DNA of 64,000 bases from an uncultured Gammaproteobacteria bacterium. Its GTDB lineage: Bacteria > Patescibacteriota > Patescibacteriia > SG8-24 > DYFX01. The stretch spans positions 11,946 through 75,945 of the forward strand of contig CAZHHN010000001.1 in the NCBI GenBank assembly GCA_964532415.1, written 5' to 3'. Below, one piece after another: positions 17,735 through 26,227 of the stretch (position 1 is its first letter; each line of letters opens with the position of its first letter). The position numbers were made by a program, and so were the translations under genes. The notes beneath the pieces were generated by a model. That model worked only from the letters and a program-made list of their open reading frames with translations. It did no database searches and was not told where the DNA came from.

Positions 17735-19435
17735 GTGTCGATACCCAACGAAACACTCAAAAAGGCGCTGGCCGAGTTGGACGTGCTTCCGGCCGACCGG
17801 TTGGAAGCCGCTTTTCAGGGCGCGCAGGAACGCGGCGAGGATCTCGCCGAATATCTGGTCGAACGCAACGCGGTTTCCGACGAAAACATGGGGCGCGTCA
17901 TGGCGGACGTCTACGGGGTGCCGTTCGTGAATCTGCGCAACGAGACGGTCGGGGAGGACGTGCTCGGGCTCCTGCCGGTCGAAATGGTCAAGCGCTCGCG
18001 GGTGTTCCCGTTCCGGAAAGCCGACGGCGCCGTCTGGCTGGCGGTCAACGATCCGGGCGATCTCGAGGCGATCGCGGCCGTGCGGAAAAAAATCGCCGGT
18101 CCGGTCCGTACCTATTTCGCCACCCGCGACGATATCGGCCTGGCCGCCGCCCGCTATCGCCGCGACATCAAAGAAGTCTTCCAGGGGATCATCGCCGCCG
18201 CCGAAAAGCGCCTGAACGAGAAGCCAGACCTGTCGCCCGAAGACGCACTGCGGGAGCTGCCGATCGTCGAGATCGTCGATACCCTGCTGCTCTACGCCTT
18301 CCAGGCCGAAGCCTCCGACCTGCACATCGAGCCGCGCGAAAAAGAAGCCTACGTGCGTTTTCGGATCGACGGCATCATGCACGACATCGTGCGCTACCCG
18401 CGCTACATGCACGAGTTCATCGTCATGCGCCTGAAGATCATGGCGCGTCTGCGCACCGACGAGCATTTCGCCGCGCAGGACGGCAAGATCCGCGAGATCT
18501 TCGAAGGCGATCTGGTCGACCTGCGCGTCAGCATCGTGCCGGTCATCGAAGGCGAAAAGGTCGTGCTGCGTCTTCTGACCGAGCGCGGCCGGCACTTTTA
18601 TCTCGAATCGATCGGCCTCGGCGAAGAAGACGTCGCCAAAATCCGCGCCGCCGTCAAGAAGCCGTACGGCATGCTCCTGGCCGTCGGTCCGACCGGCTCG
18701 GGGAAAACAACGACGCTCTACGCCGTCCTGAAAGTGCTGAACACCAGCGAGGTCAACATCACCACCATCGAGGATCCGATCGAGTACGATATTCCCGGCG
18801 TCAGCCAGATCCAGGTCAACCCGCGGACGGGCATCACCTTCGCGGCCGGGCTCCGCGCGCTGCTCCGGCAGAATCCCGATATCATCATGGTCGGAGAGGT
18901 CCGCGATGAGGAAACCGCCGGCGTGGTCGTCAACTCGGCCATGACTGGCCACTTGGTGCTTTCGACGCTGCACACCAACGACGCCGCCACGACCCTGCCC
19001 CGCCTCCTCGACCTGAAGATCGAGCCGTTCCTGATCGCGTCGTCCGTCAACCTGATCGTCGCTCAGCGCCTGGTGCGCAGGATCTGCCCGCGCTGCGTGC
19101 GCAGTTCGGACGTGGCCGTCGCGGACCTGGAGCGCTACGTTCTGCCGGCCGGCGCCGTCGAACGGCTGCTCGGAAAAAAGAAGCGCGCGACCGTCTACGC
19201 CGGCGCCAAATGCGCGCTCTGCCGCCATACCGGCTACCTCGGGCGCGTCGGCATCTTCGAACTGCTGGAAGTCGGCGATGCCGTCCGCAAGCTGATCATG
19301 GCCCGCGCCAATGCTGACGAGATCGCCCAGGAAGCCGTCCGGCAGGGGATGGTGCCGATGCTGGAAGACGGCATCCGCAAAGTGCTGAACGGCCTCACGA
19401 CGCTCGATGAACTCCAGCGCGTCCTGCGCGATTGA
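17735..19435 (+). CDS. pilB: Type IV pilus assembly ATPase PilB / GspE family
   Basis: N-terminal GSPII_E_N-like region. Walker A GPTGSGKTTTLYA, Asp box, His box and the tetracysteine motif CPRC...CALC. Confidence 0.9.
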   Translation: MSIPNETLKKALAELDVLPADRLEAAFQGAQERGEDLAEYLVERNAVSDENMGRVMADVYGVPFVNLRNETVGEDVLGLLPVEMVKRSRVFPFRKADGAVWLAVNDPGDLEAIAAVRKKIAGPVRTYFATRDDIGLAAARYRRDIKEVFQGIIAAAEKRLNEKPDLSPEDALRELPIVEIVDTLLLYAFQAEASDLHIEPREKEAYVRFRIDGIMHDIVRYPRYMHEFIVMRLKIMARLRTDEHFAAQDGKIREIFEGDLVDLRVSIVPVIEGEKVVLRLLTERGRHFYLESIGLGEEDVAKIRAAVKKPYGMLLAVGPTGSGKTTTLYAVLKVLNTSEVNITTIEDPIEYDIPGVSQIQVNPRTGITFAAGLRALLRQNPDIIMVGEVRDEETAGVVVNSAMTGHLVLSTLHTNDAATTLPRLLDLKIEPFLIASSVNLIVAQRLVRRICPRCVRSSDVAVADLERYVLPAGAVERLLGKKKRATVYAGAKCALCRHTGYLGRVGIFELLEVGDAVRKLIMARANADEIAQEAVRQGMVPMLEDGIRKVLNGLTTLDELQRVLRD

Positions 19436-19440
19436 TTGTT

Positions 19441-20649
19441 ATGCGTTATCGCTATACCGCCACGACCGCCAAAGGCCGGATGGAATCGGGTTCGATCGAA
19501 GCGCCGTCAGCCGAGGCGGCGGCCGACCAGATTCGCGCTTCGGGGCTGTTGATCGTCTCGCTCCGCCGTGAAGGCGGAGGACTCGGCGGACTCTTTGCGC
19601 GCTTCGAATGGGTCACGCCCGAAACCAAAGTCGCCTTCGCCAAGCACCTGTCGCTCATGATCCGGGCCGGCTTGCCGGTCGACGAAGCCTTGCGCGCGCT
19701 GGTCGACCAGGCGCAGGGACGCTTCCGGCGCGACTTGACCGCGGTGCACAATGCGGTCGAATCCGGCCGTCCGCTTTGGGAAGGCTTCGCCGGGCGGCCC
19801 GGCACATTTTCCGAACTGACCGTGGCCGCCGTGCGCGCGGGCGAGGCGAGCGGCACACTCGGGGAGAACCTCGACGGCCTGGCTCTACAGATGACGAAAA
19901 ATTACGAACTCGTCCGAAAGATCCGCGGCGCCATGCTCTATCCGATCGTGGTGCTGACGGCGGCGCTGGGCGTCGGCATTGGCCTTTCGACGTTCGTATT
20001 GCCGAGAATCATCGAACTGTTCAAATCGATCACCGTCCAGCTGCCGCTCATGACGCGCATCCTGCTGGCTTTCTCGAATTTCATGGTGACCTATGGGACG
20101 CAGGCGCTGCTGTGTGCCCTGGCGGCGGTCGCAGGCCTCATCGTGCTCCTGCGCTCGAAGCCGGTCCGGCCGCTGGCCGACGCGGCGCTTCTCCGGTTTC
20201 CGGTGTTCGGGACGCTCGCCCGAAATTACAGCCTGGCGATGTGCGCCCGGACGATGGCCACGCTTTTGGCCTCCGGCATGCCGATCGGCGACGCGCTCCA
20301 GGTCGCGGCCGATGGCCTGCAGAACCGCTCCTTCCGGACCGCCCTGCTGCGCGTGAAAGCCGGAACCGAACGCGGCATGCCGGCCTCGACGCTGCTTGAA
20401 GACGAGCCGCGGCTTTTCCCCTCGGTGGCTTCCCGGATGATCGCCGTCGGCGAGCGCACCGGCAAGCTTGAAGAGACCTTCGGCTATCTGGCGGAGTTTT
20501 ACGAAGACGAGGTCGATGTCATGACCAAGAACCTCTCGACGCTGCTCGAGCCGCTTCTGCTGCTCGTCATCGGCCTGGTCGTCGCCTTCATCGCCGTTTC
20601 GATCATCTCGCCGATCTACAACTTTATCGGCAATATCCAGCGCCTCTGA
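19441..20649 (+). CDS. pilC: Type IV pilus platform protein PilC / GspF family
   Basis: Two repeated GspF domains with 3-4 TM helices. ATG at 19441 is just after the pilB stop (the ORF-track start at 19432 is TTG). Confidence 0.85.
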   Translation: MRYRYTATTAKGRMESGSIEAPSAEAAADQIRASGLLIVSLRREGGGLGGLFARFEWVTPETKVAFAKHLSLMIRAGLPVDEALRALVDQAQGRFRRDLTAVHNAVESGRPLWEGFAGRPGTFSELTVAAVRAGEASGTLGENLDGLALQMTKNYELVRKIRGAMLYPIVVLTAALGVGIGLSTFVLPRIIELFKSITVQLPLMTRILLAFSNFMVTYGTQALLCALAAVAGLIVLLRSKPVRPLADAALLRFPVFGTLARNYSLAMCARTMATLLASGMPIGDALQVAADGLQNRSFRTALLRVKAGTERGMPASTLLEDEPRLFPSVASRMIAVGERTGKLEETFGYLAEFYEDEVDVMTKNLSTLLEPLLLLVIGLVVAFIAVSIISPIYNFIGNIQRL

Positions 20650-20653
20650 ACGC

Positions 20654-21121
20654 ATGCGCCGCGGCTTCACCATCCTCGAACTGCTGCTGACCGTCGGCCT
20701 GCTGTCGCTCACCGCCGCGGCCGTTTTCCTTCCGCTCTCGGCGCTCCAGGGCCGGAGCGGGCTGCAGAGTGGAACGGCCGGACTGCTGAACGTCTTCCGC
20801 CGGGCGCAAGCGCAGGCGCTTGCGGGTTACTTCGCCGATTCGTGGGGCATCCATCTTTCGGACGCGGACGGTTGCGCGCTGCCGGCCTCGCAGTACCATC
20901 TGTTCCGGGGTAGCGCGTTCACCAGCGCGACCGACACGATCGAGACGTTCAGCCTGCCGAATGCCGTAGCGGTGACGGCGCTCGCGATCGGTGGCGGCTG
21001 CGACGTGAAGTTCAGCCGCTACGGAGGATCGACGACGTCGACCGGCACGGTCACGCTGACCGGACCGTACGGCGCGACCACGCTCACCATCAACGGCTAT
21101 GGTCGGATCACGCAACCATAA
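20654..21121 (+). CDS. Pseudopilin / minor pilin with class III (prepilin) signal
   Basis: MRRGFTILELLLTVGLLSL carries the prepilin cleavage/methylation motif G|FTxxE. Confidence 0.8.
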   Translation: MRRGFTILELLLTVGLLSLTAAAVFLPLSALQGRSGLQSGTAGLLNVFRRAQAQALAGYFADSWGIHLSDADGCALPASQYHLFRGSAFTSATDTIETFSLPNAVAVTALAIGGGCDVKFSRYGGSTTSTGTVTLTGPYGATTLTINGYGRITQP

Positions 21122-24100
21122 GCCGGCAGGCGGCCAATCGACGATCGAAGTGCTGATCGCCGTCGGCACTTTCGCGCTGCTCGCGGCCGGACTGCTTCAG
21201 CTGGTTGCCAGCCCCCTGACGCTCGCCGGAGATTCGGCCAACCGTTTCAAAGCGTCAACCTTCGCCGACCAGGGCGTCGAGGCGGCGCGCGCCGTGAAGG
21301 AATCCGGCTGGACCCACCTCTCGACCGGCACGCACGGGCTGGCACGCTCCGGCGGCACCTGGTCGTTCAGCGGCTTTTCGGACGTGCCCGATACCGGCTT
21401 CGTGCGGTCGGTCGTCGTGGCGGACGTGGCGCGCGACGTGGGCGGCGCGATCGTGACGGGCGGCGGCACCGTCGATCCGCGCACGAAGAGCGTCACCGTC
21501 ACCGTCAGCTGGACCTTCGGCGTGGTCGCTTTGCCGCGCAGCGTCACCCGCTCCGTCTATCTCACCGACTGGAACGTCTACGATTGGACGCAGACGACCG
21601 ACGCCGACTTCTCGGCCGGCAGCAGGAGCGGCCTGACGATTTCCGGCACCGGGAGCGCTGCTCAGGTCGAACTCTCGCCGGCCAATAAAAGCTGGACATC
21701 CGGCGGCGGAACGCTCGTGGTGCATACGACCGACGCCGACTGGAACGGCGGCTCCTACGGCACCAACACGCAGGAAACCGGGACCGGCAGCACCGCTTCG
21801 GTGACCGAGCTCGGCGCATCGGCCTGGAGCGGCGTCAGCCAGGCCAAAACCTGGAACGAAACGACCGACACGGATTTCTCCGACGGCACCTTTTCGCAGA
21901 CGGCGGTCGTGGATACCGGCGACCTGGCCGGCGTCGGGTTGAACACGCAAATCGACTGGGCACCGCAGACCAGCCCCACCACCAATGACATGTACACGCT
22001 CGGAGCCGTGAGCGCCAACGACGTCTGGGCGGTCGGCAGCGCCGGAACGATCGCACATTGGAACGGCTCCGCCTGGAGCGCCGTCAGCAGTCCGACATCC
22101 CAGGGGTTGCACGACGTCGACTGCCTGACCGCGGCCAACTGCTGGGCGGTGGCCGATGCCGGACAGATCATCCGCTGGAATGGCACGAGCTGGACGAATT
22201 TCGTCGACACGGGCGCCGAAGTCTACAACGGCGTGACGATGACGTCGACAACGGACGGCTGGGCAGTGGCCGGCGGCACGAGCGGCACGGCCCGCGGCCG
22301 CATTTTCCGTTGGAACGGCACGGCTTGGTCGCAATTCGTCGACCTCGGCAGCCAGAATCTCAGTTCGATCGACTGCACCGGCACGTCGGACTGCTGGGCT
22401 TCGGCCGATTCCGGGCAGATCTTCCATTGGAACGGCACGGCCTGGTCGCAATTCGTCGACACCGGATCGGAGACCTGGAATGACCTGAATATGGTTTCGC
22501 CGACCGATGGCTGGATCGTCGGCGAAGGCGGCGCCATGCGGCGTTTCAATGGCACCAGCTGGAACACCGTCTCAAGCGGAGTCACCGGTTCCCTGGGCGA
22601 TGTCGAATGCGTTTCTTCCACCTACTGCCTGGTCGTCAGCGACGGCACGCCCCGGGTCTGGAACGGCACGGGCTGGTCGGCGATGAGCTTCGTGTCGGGC
22701 GTGACGCTCTACGGCCTGGCGGTCATTTCGTCGGGGAGTTCCTTCGGCATCGGCGCCGGCGGTGCCTTCGTCAATTACGGTACGCATTATTTCCCGAACG
22801 GAACGTACCTCTCCGGCATTTTCGATGCGGGCTCCGCGCAAACCTGGGGCACCGCCAGTTGGGACGCGGTGCTGGTTTCGGCGACGGGAGTGACGATCGC
22901 CACCCGGAGCGCTTCGACGCCGGCCGGTATCGGCTCGGCGGCCTGGAGCGCGGAGATGGCCGTTTCCGGTTCGGCGATCACGAGCGCCGCCAATCGTTAT
23001 CTCCAATACCGCATCACCCTGGCGACCCCGAATCGGAGCGCGACGCCGCGCCTGAACGCGATCACGATCAGCTACGCGGCGCCGGCGGTCGCCGATTACG
23101 AAGATCTCTACATGGCGGCCGACAACGACGGCTGGAGCTTCGGCAGCGGCGGCGCGATCGCGCGCTGGGACGGGACGGGCTGGAGCAAATTTTCTTCGCC
23201 GACGGTGAATCTGCTCGAGGCGGCGGCCGGGACGGCCTCGACCGACGTCTGGGCGATGGGCGCATCCGGGACGATCGTGCACTGGAACGGGACGGCTTGG
23301 TCGGTGATCGTGAGCGGCACCGCGCAGGCGCTGCACGGCGCGGCTTGTCTGACCTCGGGCAATTGCCGGACCGTCGGCGCTTCGGGAACGATCCTGCGCT
23401 GGAATGGCACGGCCTGGTCGGCCGAGGCCGATCCTTCAACGCAGGGTCTTGAAGCCGTCGGCTATACGGCGGCCAACGACGTTTGGGCCGTCGGCGGTAC
23501 CGACATCGTCCGTTTCAATGGCGCTTCATGGTCGGTCCATACGACGGTGGCCGGCGCCGCCTTTCACGGTCTTTGGATGGTCTCGGCCACTGACGGCTGG
23601 ACCGTCGGAGGCGGCGGTGCGATCCGGCGGTGGAACGGCACGGCTTGGTCAACGGTGACCAGCCCGACGACGAATGCGCTTCGGGATGTCCACTGCGCGA
23701 GCGCGTCGGACTGCTGGGCGGTCGGCGACGCCGGGACGATCATCCATTGGAACGGCACGGCTTGGTCGACGGCGGCCAGTCCGACCGGGCAGGCGATCGA
23801 AGCGGTCTTCATGAGTGGCGGGACGCACGGCTGGGCGGTCGCTCACGCCACGACCTTCCTGGAATACCGTACGGTCTATCCGGGCGGGGCGGCCTGGACC
23901 AGCCCGATCATCGACGGCGGCGCTGCCGGCACGACCTGGAACAGCGTGGCCTGGGATCAATCGCTGCCGCTCGGCACCGGCATCACGATCGCCAGCCGCT
24001 CGGGGCCGAATCCAACCTGCTGTACCGGCTGGTCTTCGTACAGCGCGGAGTACGCGTCGCCGGGCGGCTCTCCGGTCACGAGCCCGGCCAACCGTTATTT

Positions 24101-25280
24101 CCAGTATCGGACCACATTTACGACCGCCAACACCGTCTCGACCGGCGTTCTGCAGGAAGTGCGGATCCTGCGCGGCGCCGCAACCGCTCAGCCGCTCTAC
24201 GGCATTCAGGGCACGGCGGCGAGCGACGTCTGGGCCGTCGGCGAAGCCGGCACGATCCTGCGGTATGACGGTGCATCGTGGTCGGCGACCAACAGTCCGG
24301 TCACGACCGTGCTGCACGGCCTGGATGCGCTGACGTCGGCAAACGCGATCGCCGTCGGATACGGAGGCGTGATCCTGAAGATGAATGGTTCCGCCTGGAG
24401 CGCGATGAGCAGTCCGACCAACGAAGAGCTGTATGCGGTCGATCTGTTGGACGCGACGCATGGTTGGGCGGTCGGCACGGGCGGAGCGATCGTCAGTTAT
24501 AACGGGACGACGTGGTCGACGATCGCCAGCGGCACGGGCAGTCCGCTCTACGGCGTCTCGATGGTTTCCGCTTCGAACGGGTTCGCCGTCGGCGGCGGCG
24601 GCACCATCCGCAGATGGAACGGCACGAGCTGGTCGACGTCGGCGAGTCCGACTATCGACAATCTGAACGACGTATTCTGCCTGAATGCGTCGCTCTGCTG
24701 GGCGGTGGGGGACAACGGGCGCATCCTCAGTTGGAACGGCACGGTCTGGTCAGTGACGACGAGTCCGGTCGCGTCGCGGCTCAATGCCGTCGAAGCGCGC
24801 TCCGGCGGCGAAGTCTGGGCGGTCGGCGACTTCGGCACGATCCTGAAGTACGATGGCGTCTCCTGGGCCAGCTACGTTTCGCCGACGACGCGCGATCTGT
24901 ATTCCGTGGCCGTGTCGGCTCCGACCGACGGCTGGATCAGCGGGAATGCGGGGGAGTTGATCAAAGATCCGATCGCCTACGTCGGAACGGGCACGCTCTT
25001 CTCTTCGGTGCTCGACACCGACAGCGCCACTTCCACGTTTCAGACGGCCTTTTGGAATGCGATCACTCCGGCCAACACGGCGCTGCGCGTCTCGGCCCGG
25101 AACGGCAATACGTCTTCGCCCGACGGCAGCTGGTCGGGCTGGGGGCCGTATTTTTCCTCCGCCACCGGTTCGCCGATCGCCCTGCCGTCGGCGCGCTACC
25201 TTCAGTATCAGCTGACGCTTTCGACCAGCGACACGTCGATGACGCCATCCGTGCAGGACCTCACCATGACCTATGAATGA
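21099..25280 (+). CDS. Giant (1393 aa) pilin-like protein: prepilin-type N-terminus followed by three modules of WNGTxWS beta-propeller-like repeats
   Basis: N-terminus GGQSTIEVLIAVGTFALLAAGLL is a prepilin-like signal with a hydrophobic helix. There are >20 copies of a ~40-aa unit [GTI.(H/R)WNGT.WS...SPT...L..V.C.....CWAVGD.G]. Each of the three blocks ends with a conserved NRYLQYR(I/T)T..T segment. Confidence 0.7.
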   Translation: MVGSRNHKPAGGQSTIEVLIAVGTFALLAAGLLQLVASPLTLAGDSANRFKASTFADQGVEAARAVKESGWTHLSTGTHGLARSGGTWSFSGFSDVPDTGFVRSVVVADVARDVGGAIVTGGGTVDPRTKSVTVTVSWTFGVVALPRSVTRSVYLTDWNVYDWTQTTDADFSAGSRSGLTISGTGSAAQVELSPANKSWTSGGGTLVVHTTDADWNGGSYGTNTQETGTGSTASVTELGASAWSGVSQAKTWNETTDTDFSDGTFSQTAVVDTGDLAGVGLNTQIDWAPQTSPTTNDMYTLGAVSANDVWAVGSAGTIAHWNGSAWSAVSSPTSQGLHDVDCLTAANCWAVADAGQIIRWNGTSWTNFVDTGAEVYNGVTMTSTTDGWAVAGGTSGTARGRIFRWNGTAWSQFVDLGSQNLSSIDCTGTSDCWASADSGQIFHWNGTAWSQFVDTGSETWNDLNMVSPTDGWIVGEGGAMRRFNGTSWNTVSSGVTGSLGDVECVSSTYCLVVSDGTPRVWNGTGWSAMSFVSGVTLYGLAVISSGSSFGIGAGGAFVNYGTHYFPNGTYLSGIFDAGSAQTWGTASWDAVLVSATGVTIATRSASTPAGIGSAAWSAEMAVSGSAITSAANRYLQYRITLATPNRSATPRLNAITISYAAPAVADYEDLYMAADNDGWSFGSGGAIARWDGTGWSKFSSPTVNLLEAAAGTASTDVWAMGASGTIVHWNGTAWSVIVSGTAQALHGAACLTSGNCRTVGASGTILRWNGTAWSAEADPSTQGLEAVGYTAANDVWAVGGTDIVRFNGASWSVHTTVAGAAFHGLWMVSATDGWTVGGGGAIRRWNGTAWSTVTSPTTNALRDVHCASASDCWAVGDAGTIIHWNGTAWSTAASPTGQAIEAVFMSGGTHGWAVAHATTFLEYRTVYPGGAAWTSPIIDGGAAGTTWNSVAWDQSLPLGTGITIASRSGPNPTCCTGWSSYSAEYASPGGSPVTSPANRYFQYRTTFTTANTVSTGVLQEVRILRGAATAQPLYGIQGTAASDVWAVGEAGTILRYDGASWSATNSPVTTVLHGLDALTSANAIAVGYGGVILKMNGSAWSAMSSPTNEELYAVDLLDATHGWAVGTGGAIVSYNGTTWSTIASGTGSPLYGVSMVSASNGFAVGGGGTIRRWNGTSWSTSASPTIDNLNDVFCLNASLCWAVGDNGRILSWNGTVWSVTTSPVASRLNAVEARSGGEVWAVGDFGTILKYDGVSWASYVSPTTRDLYSVAVSAPTDGWISGNAGELIKDPIAYVGTGTLFSSVLDTDSATSTFQTAFWNAITPANTALRVSARNGNTSSPDGSWSGWGPYFSSATGSPIALPSARYLQYQLTLSTSDTSMTPSVQDLTMTYE

Positions 25281-25794
25281 TCCGCACCGAACGCGACCCG
25301 GTTTCACGCTCGTCGACTTCATCCTGTATTTCGGGCTGATCGGTCTCTTTCTGACGGGCGTCATCGCCTTCGCGGTCGACTACACCAAGAGCTACAATAA
25401 GGCGCTCATCATTTCCCGCGTCGGGCAGGAGAGCCGTTTCGGGCTTCAGCGCATTCTGCGGACGGTTCGGCAGGCGGCCAAAATCAACGCCGCCTCGGTC
25501 TTTGACGATGATATGGGCACGCTCGCGCTCGACACGGTTGCAACCTCGACCACGCCGACCGTTTTCGACGTGTCCGGAGGCGCGCTGCGGATCAGGGAAG
25601 GCTCCGCCACCGCGACGCCGCTTACCTCCGGCGAGGTGGTCGTGCAGAAATTGCGCTTCAGCAAAGACGCGCCGATCGGCAACACGACCGCCGTCACGGT
25701 CGAGCTGACGGTGTCCTATGTGGGTCCTTTTGCCGACAAGCTGCTCTCTTACAGCCTTTCCGCCAGCGGCACGGCCGTGGTGCGCCGGGATTGA
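25273..25794 (+). CDS. Pseudopilin / minor pilin
   Basis: RPGFTLVDFILYFGLIGLFLTGVIAF is a prepilin-type N-terminus. ATGA overlap with the preceding gene. Confidence 0.75.
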   Translation: MNDPHRTRPGFTLVDFILYFGLIGLFLTGVIAFAVDYTKSYNKALIISRVGQESRFGLQRILRTVRQAAKINAASVFDDDMGTLALDTVATSTTPTVFDVSGGALRIREGSATATPLTSGEVVVQKLRFSKDAPIGNTTAVTVELTVSYVGPFADKLLSYSLSASGTAVVRRD

Positions 25795-25795
25795 T

Positions 25796-26200
25796 ATGCG
25801 CCATCCCCCCAAGGGTTTCATCGCGATGGTCACGGTCCTGGTGCTGATGGCGGTGCTCCTGGCCGCCGGATTGGTCGGGGCGGCGATCGGACGCGACGAG
25901 CTGCTGCTCTCCGGTATCGTGGAAGACGGCAACCAGGCGTTTTCCGTCGCCGATGGCTGCCTCGAAGACGCCGTCAATCGCTTCAAACAAAACGGCGGCT
26001 ACGCCGGCGGCAGTTATGCGCTCTCCGGCGGAAGCTGCGTGGTGACGGTCGTCAATCCCGGCGGCAACACCCGGCTGGTGTCGGCCACGGCGACCTACGC
26101 CAACAACAGCCGCGCCATCGATGCCAACGTCACGCTGAAATTCAACGCGGCGGGCAACGCCAAAACCGTCATCGTCAATTCGTGGCTGGAATCCAATTGA
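25796..26200 (+). CDS. Small minor pilin (PilX-like N-terminus)
   Basis: KGFIAMVTVLVLMAVLLAAGLVGA is a pilin-like hydrophobic N-terminus. TGATATG junction. Confidence 0.6.
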   Translation: MRHPPKGFIAMVTVLVLMAVLLAAGLVGAAIGRDELLLSGIVEDGNQAFSVADGCLEDAVNRFKQNGGYAGGSYALSGGSCVVTVVNPGGNTRLVSATATYANNSRAIDANVTLKFNAAGNAKTVIVNSWLESN

Positions 26201-26227
26201 GGCTCTGGTGTACGATGGACGCACATT

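Noticed and set aside
17702-19228. 508-aa minus-strand ORF opposite pilB
   Set aside because: Antisense to a gene with canonical Walker A and tetracysteine motifs. Biased composition.
21100-25200. Possible CRISPR array or other nucleotide-level tandem repeats (periodic WNGT repeats suggested periodic DNA)
   Set aside because: The periodicity is at protein level with diverged codons. There are no identical direct repeats with unique spacers, and no cas genes are in the window.
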